Shown here: positions 1-9,973 of the stretch, one piece after another
How the letters are laid out: every line of letters starts with the position of its first letter
How positions within the stretch are numbered: the stretch's first letter is position 1
Assembly: GCA_963727485.1 (NCBI GenBank)
Contig: CAVSGM010000011.1
Span: forward strand, 224,001 to 288,000
Source: an uncultured delta proteobacterium
Lineage (GTDB): Bacteria > Myxococcota > Myxococcia > SLRQ01
Reading direction: 5' to 3'
DNA length: 64,000 bases
Program-made: the position numbers and the translations under genes
Notes under the pieces: generated by a model
The model's database searches: none
Told to the model about the DNA's origin: nothing
The model's input: only the letters and a program-made list of their open reading frames with translations

Positions 1-154
1 CCGTCGCGCCAAAGGTCTGCCCGGGCTCCAGCGTCTCAAGAAACTCCTCGCAGAGCTCCGCTACCGTCTTGTCGTAGATCCGACCCCGGTTCTGGGCGGG
101 CGCGTCCCGCTCGGAGGTCGCGGGAGGAAGGCCCCTCGTGTGATCAACGGTCAT
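1..154 (-). CDS. 5' part of a gene running off the window edge (MTVDHTRG...IYDKTVAELCEEFLETLEPGQTFG); hypothetical
   Basis: Hand translation: ATG at 154 overlaps the end of the upstream gene (stop 144-146) and the frame stays open to position 1. Too short to assign a function. Confidence 0.4.
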   Translation of the reverse strand, partial: MTVDHTRGLPPATSERDAPAQNRGRIYDKTVAELCEEFLETLEPGQTFGAT

Positions 155-1048
155 CGGCGGCTCCGGGATGGTCCGCGGCAAGCTCATCGAAGTACCGGAA
201 GAGAGAGAGGGTGACGCTCAAGACAAAGTGAGCATCGTACCGGCTCACCTCATGCCGAATGCCGTGCGCTGCGGTATGCGTACGAGGCTAGCAATTCCCC
301 TCATGACGTTCTCGAGGGCCTCTCGGCGCTGCTTGTCCAGGACTGTCGTCTTGGGACCAACTCGTTCGGGAGTGCTTGGTAGTGCTCCGGAGTCAGTTCC
401 TGGTGTCAGAGGTCTCATCCGGGAGTACAATCGCTCGAACGGCGATTTCCACCGCGCGACTGCAGTCGGTCACACATGCGCGGAAGTTGCCTGTCGTCCG
501 AACTGTGTCTCGGCATCTCGGAGGCTGCCATGGCCTCCGCGAGTTTCGGGTTCCGCCGGCGTGCGAAGGCAACTCGAAGACCTCGTAGTCGCCCTCGCCG
601 GCCGCCTTGAGGAGGCCAAGCCAATGATCGCGGGGCACGCGGTACTCAATACTCTCTGGTCACTCGCTGTGCGGTCGACAACGTGGCGGATTCGAAGCCG
701 GCCCTTTCCTCCTCGCAAGGCGGTCAGGCATCGAGGGAGACTGTCAGTGGAAGGGAATGGACGTATCGCGCCATCCCGTGCGACTCCAAGCGCCTGAGCC
801 ACTTCCTAGTGACCGGGGGCCATGTTGAATGCGGTACTCACGGCCGGATGGGCCATCGGTCCACAATGGGTGCCTCGCCCTCTACATGAAGGCGGTGGTG
901 CCCTATATCGCCCCAGTAGTGGTAGCCCATGAGCTGGATGGGTGCCGTCCCTGCTGTTCACCACCGGCTTTGACGGGGAAGCGAAGGGCCAGCGTTCCGT
1001 ATTCGTCTAGCCGGACATTTCCGGCGGCTTCAAGTCGAGATAGACCAT
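144..1048 (-). CDS. Frameshifted gene with C-terminal HEPN-like/AbiJ-type domain
   Basis: Stitching minus frames gives ...GNFRACVTDCSRAVEIAVRAIVLPDETSDT / ...REALENVMRGIASLV / HGIRHEVSRYDAHFVLSVTLSLFRYFDELAADHPGAADDR* (stop 144-146). ATG at 1048 lies just after the methyltransferase stop. Confidence 0.4.
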
Positions 1049-1052
1049 TGGC

Positions 1053-4000
1053 TTACGCGGCCGAGTTAGAGGTGGCTGGGTGGGCAGCTCGCGGGTCGCC
1101 GGGGGGAGGCTCCAGCGGCGATTGGTAGGGCGGACCAGGCTCGGCAGCGTCAGCTAGCGCGTCGTAGCGGTCCAGTATGGCTTCCTTGGTGACGTAGGAG
1201 CCGTGGGCCTTCTCGTCCCTTTGCCGGACGACCCAGAAGCTATCCAGGACGTGCTCGAGGTCGTCCCGGCCGAGGCCGTAGAGGTGGAAGAAGGCGGCGT
1301 CGAGCTCGGCACGGAGGATCGAGCGGCGGTCTGCGTCCCAGCGGAACGGTGGCTCGTCCCGCCGGGTCGCGTGCGAACGACGCGAGGTCCCAAGCGGTGT
1401 AGCGCCAGTTCGAGGACACGCGGGATGAGCCAGTCGAGACAGAACGAGGTCGCTTGGACCCCACGGGCAGGGCCGGCAGAGCGCGCTGGCGTGAGACAGG
1501 GGAAGCTGGCGCAGCACGTAGTAGGTCAAGTGAGGTTCCGCCGATCTTCTGGCGGGCGACGAAGTCGAACGCGAAGGCTGAGAGGATGCCCGACGCGGCA
1601 AGCACGAACGCCGGGACTGGCGAGAGCAACAGCGGCAGCTTGTGCCCAACGGCGGTGCGCGGGAACGATGGCGGAGATGACGGTCCGGGCGTCGCTGGTC
1701 CTGCAGATGTCCCGCCAGCCCAGGAGCCAGCCTCGGTCCCAGCGGCCCTCGAGCCGGGAAGCGACCTCGGACTCGGCGACCCAGTAGCGGGGGAGCACGA
1801 CGAGGTTCGGGTCGGCGTGCTGGGCGTCGTCGAACTCGGGGAGCTTGCCCTGGTTCGCCTGCGCCTGGGTCTGGCCCTCGTAGGTGCCGAAGCGGTGGTC
1901 GAACTGGTGGATCATCTTGGCTTCGTAGAGGGGCAGCCAGCGCTCGCCGTCACGCTCGAAGACGTTGCCCTCCAGCCTGGCGCCAGCGGCCTCCAGGTCT
2001 TCCCGGCTCCGAAAGAGGCCCGAGTCGTTGGCCATATCGAGCATTCGCAGGAAGGAGACCTGCCAGGGGTTGCCCTCAGGGTCGCCCTCCCGGACCAGCA
2101 CCGGGACCCGGCGGTAGATGGCCTTGGTGATCTCGGCGTCGGCGCCGGCGGAACACCGGGAGGGTCCGGGTGTTCGGGTTCATCAGCGCGATGTCCTCGG
2201 GGGACAGGCGGTAGCGCTTCGCCGGGTTGGCGAGGTCCCGGACCTGCCGGGCGTAGCCGACGAACTCGCCAAGGGGGGCAGGGCGCTCCGCCCCGGCGAG
2301 GGTGACCAGGCAGAAACGGACTGCGTGGTGCACCGCGGGAAGATGAACTCCTCGTTCTCGAAGTGGTACAGCGACGCCAGCGACCGGCTCTCCACGACGT
2401 CCTGGAGGAAGAACTTCGTCGTGTCGTCCGTGGCGATCCCGGACGGGCACGATGAAGCCCGGCTCGCCCGGTGGCGGAGACATAGCGACCGGTTGAGCTC
2501 GGCGAAGACGCTGTACGTGTTCACATCTCCCCGCCCGCAAAGCGGGTACCGTGCCGCTGTCCCGGACCAACGTGACTTCGCCTTCCGCCTGGCGCGGGCC
2601 TCCTGCCAGGCCCGCCACAGCGGCCGGGTCATCGGTCTCCGGAAGGCAGGCAATCAGCCTCTTTCGGGCCGCCGCAGTTCTTGGCGCCGCGATATCCGGG
2701 CTCGCGCCGCGAAGAACTCCTTCTCCTGGAGCTTCATACGCTCCCAAGGAGGATTCCCCAGCACCACGTCGAACCCGCCCGGGCCAGCCCGTTACTGTAT
2801 TCGGCTTCGCCCGACCTCTGCGCGCTGAACACGTCCGGGAACGCCAGGTGCCAATGCAGGAACCGGTATTGCTTGGCCAGCCGCCGCGATCTCGGCGCGT
2901 GTCGCCTGGGAGGCCGTGGACGGGTCCTGGGCCATCGCCTGCACACTCCGCGTGCGTCGGCGCACCGGCGCGCCTTTCTCCGGCCTTGCCGGCCACACGA
3001 AGGCGGCTGCACCAGGCGTCGGCAGCCAGGTGCGCCTGCGGTATCCGCCGGATCGGCCACGAGTTGCCGTAGAGCGCCTCCTTCGCGTGGACCGCATCGA
3101 GCGTCGCGTCGTCCCAGGTTTCAAGCCGCGCCAGCTGTCGGGAAGCCGGGAACCTGCTGGTCCTGCTCGCTCAAGGCCCGCTGGAAGGACATGCTTGCCT
3201 CTTCCGTTCCTGGCTGTTGCGTTCTTGAGTAGCTGGACGAAGTCGGGTCGTCGCCGTCGATCGGCTCCGCAGGCGCCGTCCGGGATCCGCCTTCCGCGAG
3301 CAGCTTCGGCGTGGCCCCGAGCAGGCTGTTGCCCGGCTGGATGTGGTGGTCCAGGAACGACAGCGGCTTGCCCGGCTCCAGCGCCTCCATCCACAGGCGA
3401 CACCTTGCACAGCTCCACGGCCAGCGGGTTCAGGTCGACGCCGTAAGATGCAGCGCCCGACCACGTCCCGCAGCGCCTCTGCGCAGCGCCTCCGGGCTCG
3501 CCTCCTCGTCTCCCGTCCGGACCGACGCCAGGCCGGGTGCGATCCGCCGCGCGGCCGCCACCAGGAAGTGCCCCGAGCCCGCGGCCGGGTCGCACACCTT
3601 CAGGTCCAGCAGCGCTTGCTCCGGGTCTTTCGCCTTCGCTGCCCGTCGAGTACCGGCTCCAGCGCCGAGTCCAGCAGCGCCTCCACCAGCGGCGTCGGCG
3701 TGTAGTAGCTCCCCGTCGTCTTCCGTTCGTGGCCGGCGGCCGTCGTCGAGCTCGAAGGCCCGGCCTCCCGGTTCATCTGGGGATGCAGCTCCAGCAGGCT
3801 CTCGTAGACGCTCCCCAGCTCCTCCGCGCCCAGCGTCCGCCAGTTCACCGGCATCAGCTGCTGGTCCCGCGTCCGTATGTACGCAGAGGCGCCCGGAGCG
3901 CGTTCAGCAGATCCTCGTTGTGCAGCTCCGCGTCCACCTACCCAGGCGCAGCGCGTCCCTGCTCCACAGGAAGCTGCCCAGCGCCGGCAGCCCCAGCTCC

Positions 4001-5087
4001 GGGCAGCCCCGGCGAGCTTCCCCATCACCAGCCGGAGGCCGCGCCACAGGTCCGACGTGCCGCCGTGCCCCGTGCGTCGGCCCGACAGCTCCCGCAGCCG
4101 GTCGGTCGCGTAGTACTGCGTGTAGCGATCGCCGCGCCTCTCGGCGCCGCCTGCGGATCCAGCAGCACCTCCCGGTCCTCCGCCACGAACAGGAAGATCA
4201 GTCGGTACACCAGCCGCAGGAGCTCCCGGTAGTAGCTCCTGCGTGTCGAGCGCCCCACTCGCCAGCGACTGCTGCAGCTTCCCGTTCGCCGCCGTGCTGC
4301 AGGAAGCCCGCGCCCAGCGCCTCGATCGCGCTGCTCCACGCCCGACCGCAGCCGGTCCAGCGCCCGGATCCCTTCTTCCCGCGACCGTTGGAACCACGTG
4401 CTCCAGCCAGCACGACTCGGGTCCTCCGCTTCCACCCGGCTCTGGTGGCACACCAGCCACAGCAGCCGGAAGTCGCGAGAACAGCTCCCCCGTCGAAGAT
4501 CGCTTCCAGGTCGAACTCCACGTACGCCTGGCGCGACAGGCTGTGGTGTCCCGCAGCACCCGCAGCACCCGGCCGTTCGACACGAATGCCCCACAGGTGC
4601 GCCTCCGACCGGTTCAGGAACTCCTGCACCAGGCTGTGCGGCGCCGCCGCCGCCGCCCCGCCACCCCCGCCGCGCGTCGGTCGATGCTCACGCCGGCACC
4701 CACCAGGTGGATCGGCGTCCGCGCCCACAGGTGCGAGATCGCAAACGTCTTCCCCTCGATCTCCGCCGCTGCCGTACGCTGCAGCCGTCCGTAGCCCAGT
4801 TCCTCGAACAGCGGCAGCAGCCACCGGTCCCGCGTCACCCTGATCGCCGGATCCCCCTCCGGCAGCCGACCCAGCTCCTCGCGCAGGGCCGCCCAAGCCC
4901 CCAGCAGTCGGGTCCACGCCCGGTTCGCCACCTCGCCGACCCGCTCCTGGGGCAGCAGGTGGTAGTCCGCCGCCGACATCCCCGGGAGCTTCGGGTCCCC
5001 CGCGGCGACCCGCTGGAGGAAGCTCTCCGGGAACAGGCCCCCCTCGATGTGCAGGGCGCCGAAGCCGTCCATCGCCCGCCGCCTCAT
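1053..5087 (-). CDS. N6-adenine DNA methyltransferase, Eco57I/type IIG-like (DrmMI-like); multiple frameshifts
   Basis: Motifs across frames: [11 protein letters not shown], motif [12 protein letters not shown] (~3565-3597), [14 protein letters not shown], motif [24 protein letters not shown] (~2715-2780), C-terminal [16 protein letters not shown] and [19 protein letters not shown] overlap with the SNF2 gene stop. Confidence 0.85.
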
Positions 5088-7909
5088 GCCGCACCTCCCG
5101 TCACCGGGAAGAAGAGGTAGGTGCCCAGGACATCCGGTGGCAGGTGGGCCTCGACCTTGGTGGCTCGAACCCGCATGTCCGCCGCTTTGCGGACCCGCCG
5201 GTGGGCCTCGAGGAGCGCCTCGGCCCGGGCCTTGGCGAACTCCGCCAGCGCCGGGTCCAGGCTCGGGAGCTGGCCGACGAGCTCCTCGATCTTGCGCTTG
5301 CCCATGTCGGCCGGAAGGTTCTCGTCGGCCGTGGCCCCGAGGAGCGCCTCGGCCTCGTCGTCGTCGAGCCACTCGGGCGCATCCGGCGTCCCCCGGAACG
5401 CCCGCACCGCCACGTCCTCGGCCAGCAGCGGCCGGGCGACCCCCTGGCGGTCCTCGACCACCAGGTGGAACCGCATCCGCACCAACAGCGCCGTGCACCG
5501 CCCGGAGACCGCCCTGGTCCGGATCACCGCCGCGCGCCGCGCCGGTCCCTCCGACGCGCTGTCCAGCGCCGCCTCCAGCACCCGCTCTGCCAACGCCGCC
5601 ACGAAGGGGTGGGTGCGGGTGAGGACCTCCGTGCCCGGGGTGGGCGCCGCCGAGTCGAAGCTCAGCTTGAGCCGCCACTTGCCTTCCGGCGCCAGGGTCT
5701 CCCGGAGAGCCTTGGGAAGCTCCTCCAGGTCCACTCGGACCGGCTTGCCGTCGGCGAGCCCCGCGCCCCAGCCGCGCAGACTGTCCATGGTGAAGGCCCT
5801 CACGTCCGCCGCGCCACCGACCGCCTGGCGCGCCGCCGCCACCTCGGTGGCGACCTCCTTCACGTCGATGGCGTGCTGGGCGAAGAGCGTGCGGTTCTTC
5901 TTCTCCCGCTCCGCCGCCGCCTCCCAGACTACCCCGACCTCCTGCTCCTTCTGCTCGACGATGGGCAGGGAGTACTGCCGGCTATCCTTGGCGACCCCGC
6001 CCTTGAGGAGGCCGTCGATGACCGCCTCGAGCACCGCCCCGGTGTCGAGAGGCACCGGCACGCTCACCCCGAGGACCTTCATGATCGTCTCGTGGCGCTT
6101 GAGGAGCACCCGCTGAACGATGCCGTCGACCGGGTTGTCCTCACCGACGAAGGTGAGCACCCGGACCTTCTTCTTCTCCTGTCCGTACCGGTCGACCCGG
6201 CCCTCGCGTTGCTCATGCCGGGTGGGGTTCCAGGCCAGGTCGTAGTGCATCACCGCGTCGAAGGCCGACTGGAGGTTCACGCCCTCCGAGAGACAGTCCG
6301 TGGCCACCAGGATCCGCTTCTCGTGCTCTGCGAGCTCGGCGACCTGCGCCTCCCGGGCCTCGTTCGCGAGCTGCCCCGTGACCCCCCGCACCTCCACCTT
6401 GCCCTTGAAGTGCTTCCGCAGTGCCTCCACCAGGTAGTCCACCGTGGGAATGAACCGGCAGAAGACGATGGGCGAGTACTTCTTCCCCACCAGGGTGTCG
6501 AGCTGCTTGATGGCCGCCTGGAGCTTGTGGTCCTCCTTGCCGGCGAGGGCCTCGGCGTCCTTGGCGAGCTTGAGGAGCCGGCGCCGCTCGGGGGTGTCCG
6601 TCTCGTCGATCTGGCTGCCGGGCGCCACGTCGATGCCCTCGGCCGTCTCGTCGTCCTGGTCCATGACCGTTCGCCGGCCCAGGTCGTCCGCCTCCTCGGG
6701 GGTGGTGGTGTCTGCCGGCGCCGCCCGGTTGCGCAGGGTTGCCGCGGCCGCCGCTGGGCTCGAGGACAGGGACCGCAGGAGCGCCAGGGCCGACCACCAC
6801 CGGACCCGCTGGTGCACCTCGCCGCCCTCCGTGTCCGAGACCGTCTCCCGGGCCCACTTGAGCACCTTCTCGAAGAACGCCCGGTACTTCGGCGACCAGC
6901 GGTAGGTGGCGTCGGCGCGCTCCCGGGTCGGGAACGGTGTCTCCGTGTCCAGGTAGGCCTTCACGTCGCCGCGCCGGCGTTGGACCAGGTGCCGCGCGAG
7001 CTGGCTGCGCGCGCGCCGGTTGCCCTCGCCCGAGAGATCCTCGGGGAGGTCGGCGAAGGTCGGGTCCAGGAGCGAGAGCAGGGAGCGGAAGGCCGCCTGC
7101 TTCCCGCTGTGGGGGGTGGCGGTGACCAGGATCAGGTGTCGCGTCGGGTCCTTGGCCAGGTCCTGGAGCAGCTTGTGGCGCATCTGCCCCGAGCGCCCGG
7201 CTCCGATGTCGGTGCAGGTGTGGGCCTCGTCGACGATGACCAGCTCCGGCGCCGCGCGCACGAACTCCGCCCGCCGCCGCTCGCTCTTGGCATAGTCGAT
7301 GGAGGCGACCACGTGGGGGTAGTGGTCCAGGAGGGACTCGTTGGGCCCGAGGCCCGCCGATCGCTCCAGCCGCGCCACTGTGCCCGGCAGCACCACCTCC
7401 GCGGGGATGTGGAAGAGGTCCACCATCGCCCGCTGCCACTGGTCGGCGAGGTGCGGCGGGCAGAGCACCGCGATGCGCCGGATCTCCGCCCGGTCCAGCA
7501 GCTCCCGGGCGATGAGCAGCGCCTCGATGGTCTTGCCCACACCCACGTCGTCGGCGAGGAGCAGGCGCACCGGGTCGAGGCGGAGCGCCATGAGCAAGGG
7601 CACCAGCTGGTACGGCCGCGGCTCCACCCGGATCTGGCCCAGCGACCGGAAGGGCCCCGCGCTGGAGCGGAACCCCAGGCGTACCGCGTCGCGCAGGAGC
7701 CGCGCCGCCCGGTCGTTGCCCAGGTCCCGCGAGGGGTCCGGCGGCAGGAACTTCGCCGCCTGCACGTCCTCGAGCTCGAGGAGGAAGCCGGCCACCTCGT
7801 CCTCGCTTCCGGTGAGCGGCCTGGCGACCAGGACGTCGTCGGTAGACTCCGGCAGCACCACCCACTCGCGTCCCCGAGCGGTAACGAGCGATCCCACGGC
7901 GAAGCTCAT
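5084..7909 (-). CDS. SNF2-family helicase/ATPase (DrmD-like)
   Basis: Intact 941-aa ORF: LLADDVGVGKT, DEAH, TATPHSG, LSEGVNLQ, WNPTRHEQREGRVDRYGQ. Confidence 0.92.
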   Translation of the reverse strand: MSFAVGSLVTARGREWVVLPESTDDVLVARPLTGSEDEVAGFLLELEDVQAAKFLPPDPSRDLGNDRAARLLRDAVRLGFRSSAGPFRSLGQIRVEPRPYQLVPLLMALRLDPVRLLLADDVGVGKTIEALLIARELLDRAEIRRIAVLCPPHLADQWQRAMVDLFHIPAEVVLPGTVARLERSAGLGPNESLLDHYPHVVASIDYAKSERRRAEFVRAAPELVIVDEAHTCTDIGAGRSGQMRHKLLQDLAKDPTRHLILVTATPHSGKQAAFRSLLSLLDPTFADLPEDLSGEGNRRARSQLARHLVQRRRGDVKAYLDTETPFPTRERADATYRWSPKYRAFFEKVLKWARETVSDTEGGEVHQRVRWWSALALLRSLSSSPAAAAATLRNRAAPADTTTPEEADDLGRRTVMDQDDETAEGIDVAPGSQIDETDTPERRRLLKLAKDAEALAGKEDHKLQAAIKQLDTLVGKKYSPIVFCRFIPTVDYLVEALRKHFKGKVEVRGVTGQLANEAREAQVAELAEHEKRILVATDCLSEGVNLQSAFDAVMHYDLAWNPTRHEQREGRVDRYGQEKKKVRVLTFVGEDNPVDGIVQRVLLKRHETIMKVLGVSVPVPLDTGAVLEAVIDGLLKGGVAKDSRQYSLPIVEQKEQEVGVVWEAAAEREKKNRTLFAQHAIDVKEVATEVAAARQAVGGAADVRAFTMDSLRGWGAGLADGKPVRVDLEELPKALRETLAPEGKWRLKLSFDSAAPTPGTEVLTRTHPFVAALAERVLEAALDSASEGPARRAAVIRTRAVSGRCTALLVRMRFHLVVEDRQGVARPLLAEDVAVRAFRGTPDAPEWLDDDEAEALLGATADENLPADMGKRKIEELVGQLPSLDPALAEFAKARAEALLEAHRRVRKAADMRVRATKVEAHLPPDVLGTYLFFPVTGGAA

Positions 7910-9973
7910 GCGGCGGCCTCCGGCTCGACGAGGTGTGCCAGCGGTTCCAGGAACGCGCTGGGCTTCTTGGCCCAGGTGACGACCAGCTCGTCACGGGCGC
8001 GGGTCATGGCGACGTAGAGGAGCTGGCGCTCCCGGTCGGTAGCGGCGGCGCGGTCGATCGGGTCCTTCTCGCTCTTCACCGCCGCCGGCAGCGGCAGGTA
8101 CTTGCGGGCGCAGCTCGCCACCAGGACCGCCTTGAACTCGAGGCCCTTGGCACCGTGCATGGTGCCGAACCCGATGCCCTCGCCATCCTCGGCGCCGGCG
8201 GCGAGGCGGCGGCAAGGCAGCCCGGCCGCTTCCGCCGCCTCCCGGAGCGCCGTGGCCCGGCTCCCGGTCCGGGCGAAGACGGCGATCGCCTCCGGCTTCA
8301 GGCCCCCGTCGATCCAGGCGCGGAGCTGGTCCACCACCCCGTCGGCCTCGTCGGCCTCGCCCTCGAAGCTCCGGAGGGTCGGCTCCGGTCCCTTGAGGAG
8401 GCTGCGCGTTCCCTGGCGTGACTCGGTGCCGGCGTCGAGGTCGTCTACCTCGTCGCCGAGAACCCGGTCCGCCGCCCGCCGGATCTCTTCGGTCGTCCGG
8501 TAGTTGAGGCGCAGGACGTGCGAGCGGCCGCGGACGTCGAGGCCCAGGGCCGTGAGGCTGAACCCGCCGGGGTAGATGCGCTGACCCGCATCTCCGAGGA
8601 GCATCAGCCGGTCGCCGTGGTCGCCCACCAGGCTGGCCAGAAAGGCCAGGTCCGGTGCCTTGAGGTCCTGGATTTCGTCGACCACCACCGCGTCGTAGGG
8701 AACCTTGACCCGGCCTGCCTTCACCGCGTCCTCGGCGAGGCGGCAGAAGGTCGGCCAGTCCGCCTGGCTGCGGGAGGCGAGCTCCCCGCGAATGGCCTCG
8801 AAGGCGGGCCACAGGGCCTTGCGCTCGCGCGCCGAGAGGGGTGTCCCGCGCCCGGTCCGGCGCGCCGACCGGTACGCCTTCCAGCTCTGGATGCCCTGGG
8901 CGTGGATCACGTGCTCCCACTCCGCCCCGACGAAGTCGGGATCCTCCGGGAGCTCTGCCCGCTGCAGCACCGACTTCACCAGGGCGCGCAGCTCCGTGTC
9001 CTTGACCGTTTCGAGCGTCTTCCCGTCGGCCTGCGCCAGGTCCCGGGCCTGCTTGTGCACCGTGCTCACCGTGATCCGGGCGCGGACCTCGGGAACGCAC
9101 AGCAGGTCGAGGCTGCGCTCGAGGTTGCGGGCCAGGGTGGTGGTGAAGGTCGTGAAGAGCACCTGGTGTCCCTGCTGGGCCAGCCGGCGTGCCCGGTGGA
9201 GCCCGACCACCGTCTTCCCCGTGCCGGCGGCTCCTGTGACCTTGACCGGACCCTTGTAGGTCCCCTCGACGAGCGCCCGCTGGGAGGGGTGGAGGAACGC
9301 CATCCACTGCTCCAGGGGCGCCTCGAGAATCGCCTGGAGCTCGTCCTCGCGCTCCACCACGAAGAACCGCCGCCGGAGGTCCGGGCTGTCCTGCACCAGC
9401 CGGTTCGGGGCCACCGGGGCAGGGGGTGTGGGCAGCTCGCCCGCCGCCAGCGACAGCAGCCGCTCCTGCACGTCCTCCGGGAGATTGCCGATGACCTCGA
9501 AGAGCTTGTCCTCGGAGCGCACCTCGCGCACCACCGGGAGCCAGTTCTCGGGAACGCCGAGGCTCAAGAGGTACTTGTCGGCGCGGCTCTGGAAGAGCGG
9601 CGGCGCCTCGGTCTTCTCGATGATCCGCTGGATCTCCTTGATCGTCTCGACGCGCTCGACCACCTGGAGCTGCCCGGTCACCGGGTGGAAGCCCACCTCG
9701 CGCCGCTCTGCCCAGCGATAGGCGGCGTCGTGGTGGTCCGCGTGGAGGATCGCCCAGGTGTCCCCGTTCTTGTGGAGGATGGCTCGGATGTCCTGGTTGA
9801 TCCGAGCGCTCCACAGGTCCTTCGACCTGGTGTCGGTCGATCCGCTCCAGGCTCAGGCTCGGGTGCTTGGGGTTCTCCCGAAAGTGCTCGAGGAAGTCGA
9901 CTGCCAGGCCCTTCTCGCCAACCGTGAGGCCGGCCAGGGATGAGAAGAAGTCCTTGTCGATGATCAGCTCCAT
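7906..9973 (-). CDS. UvrD/Rep SF1A helicase with N-terminal RelE/ParE-like domain; one frameshift near 9837
   Basis: Start MELIIDKDFFSSL at 9973 (TGATG overlap). Helicase motifs FLHPSQ, GAAGTGKT, VVDEIQD, GDAGQRIY, LNYRTT, TMHGAKGLEF, LYVAMTRAR. Confidence 0.88.

Noticed and set aside
168..797. 209-aa plus-strand ORF
   Set aside because: No motifs; the minus strand gives a more coherent, operon-consistent reading.
5144..8017. 957-aa plus-strand ORF and similar long antisense ORFs (e.g. 49836-52877, 37982-40354, 42728-44659)
   Set aside because: Shadow frames opposite well-supported genes; expected at this GC content and without motifs.
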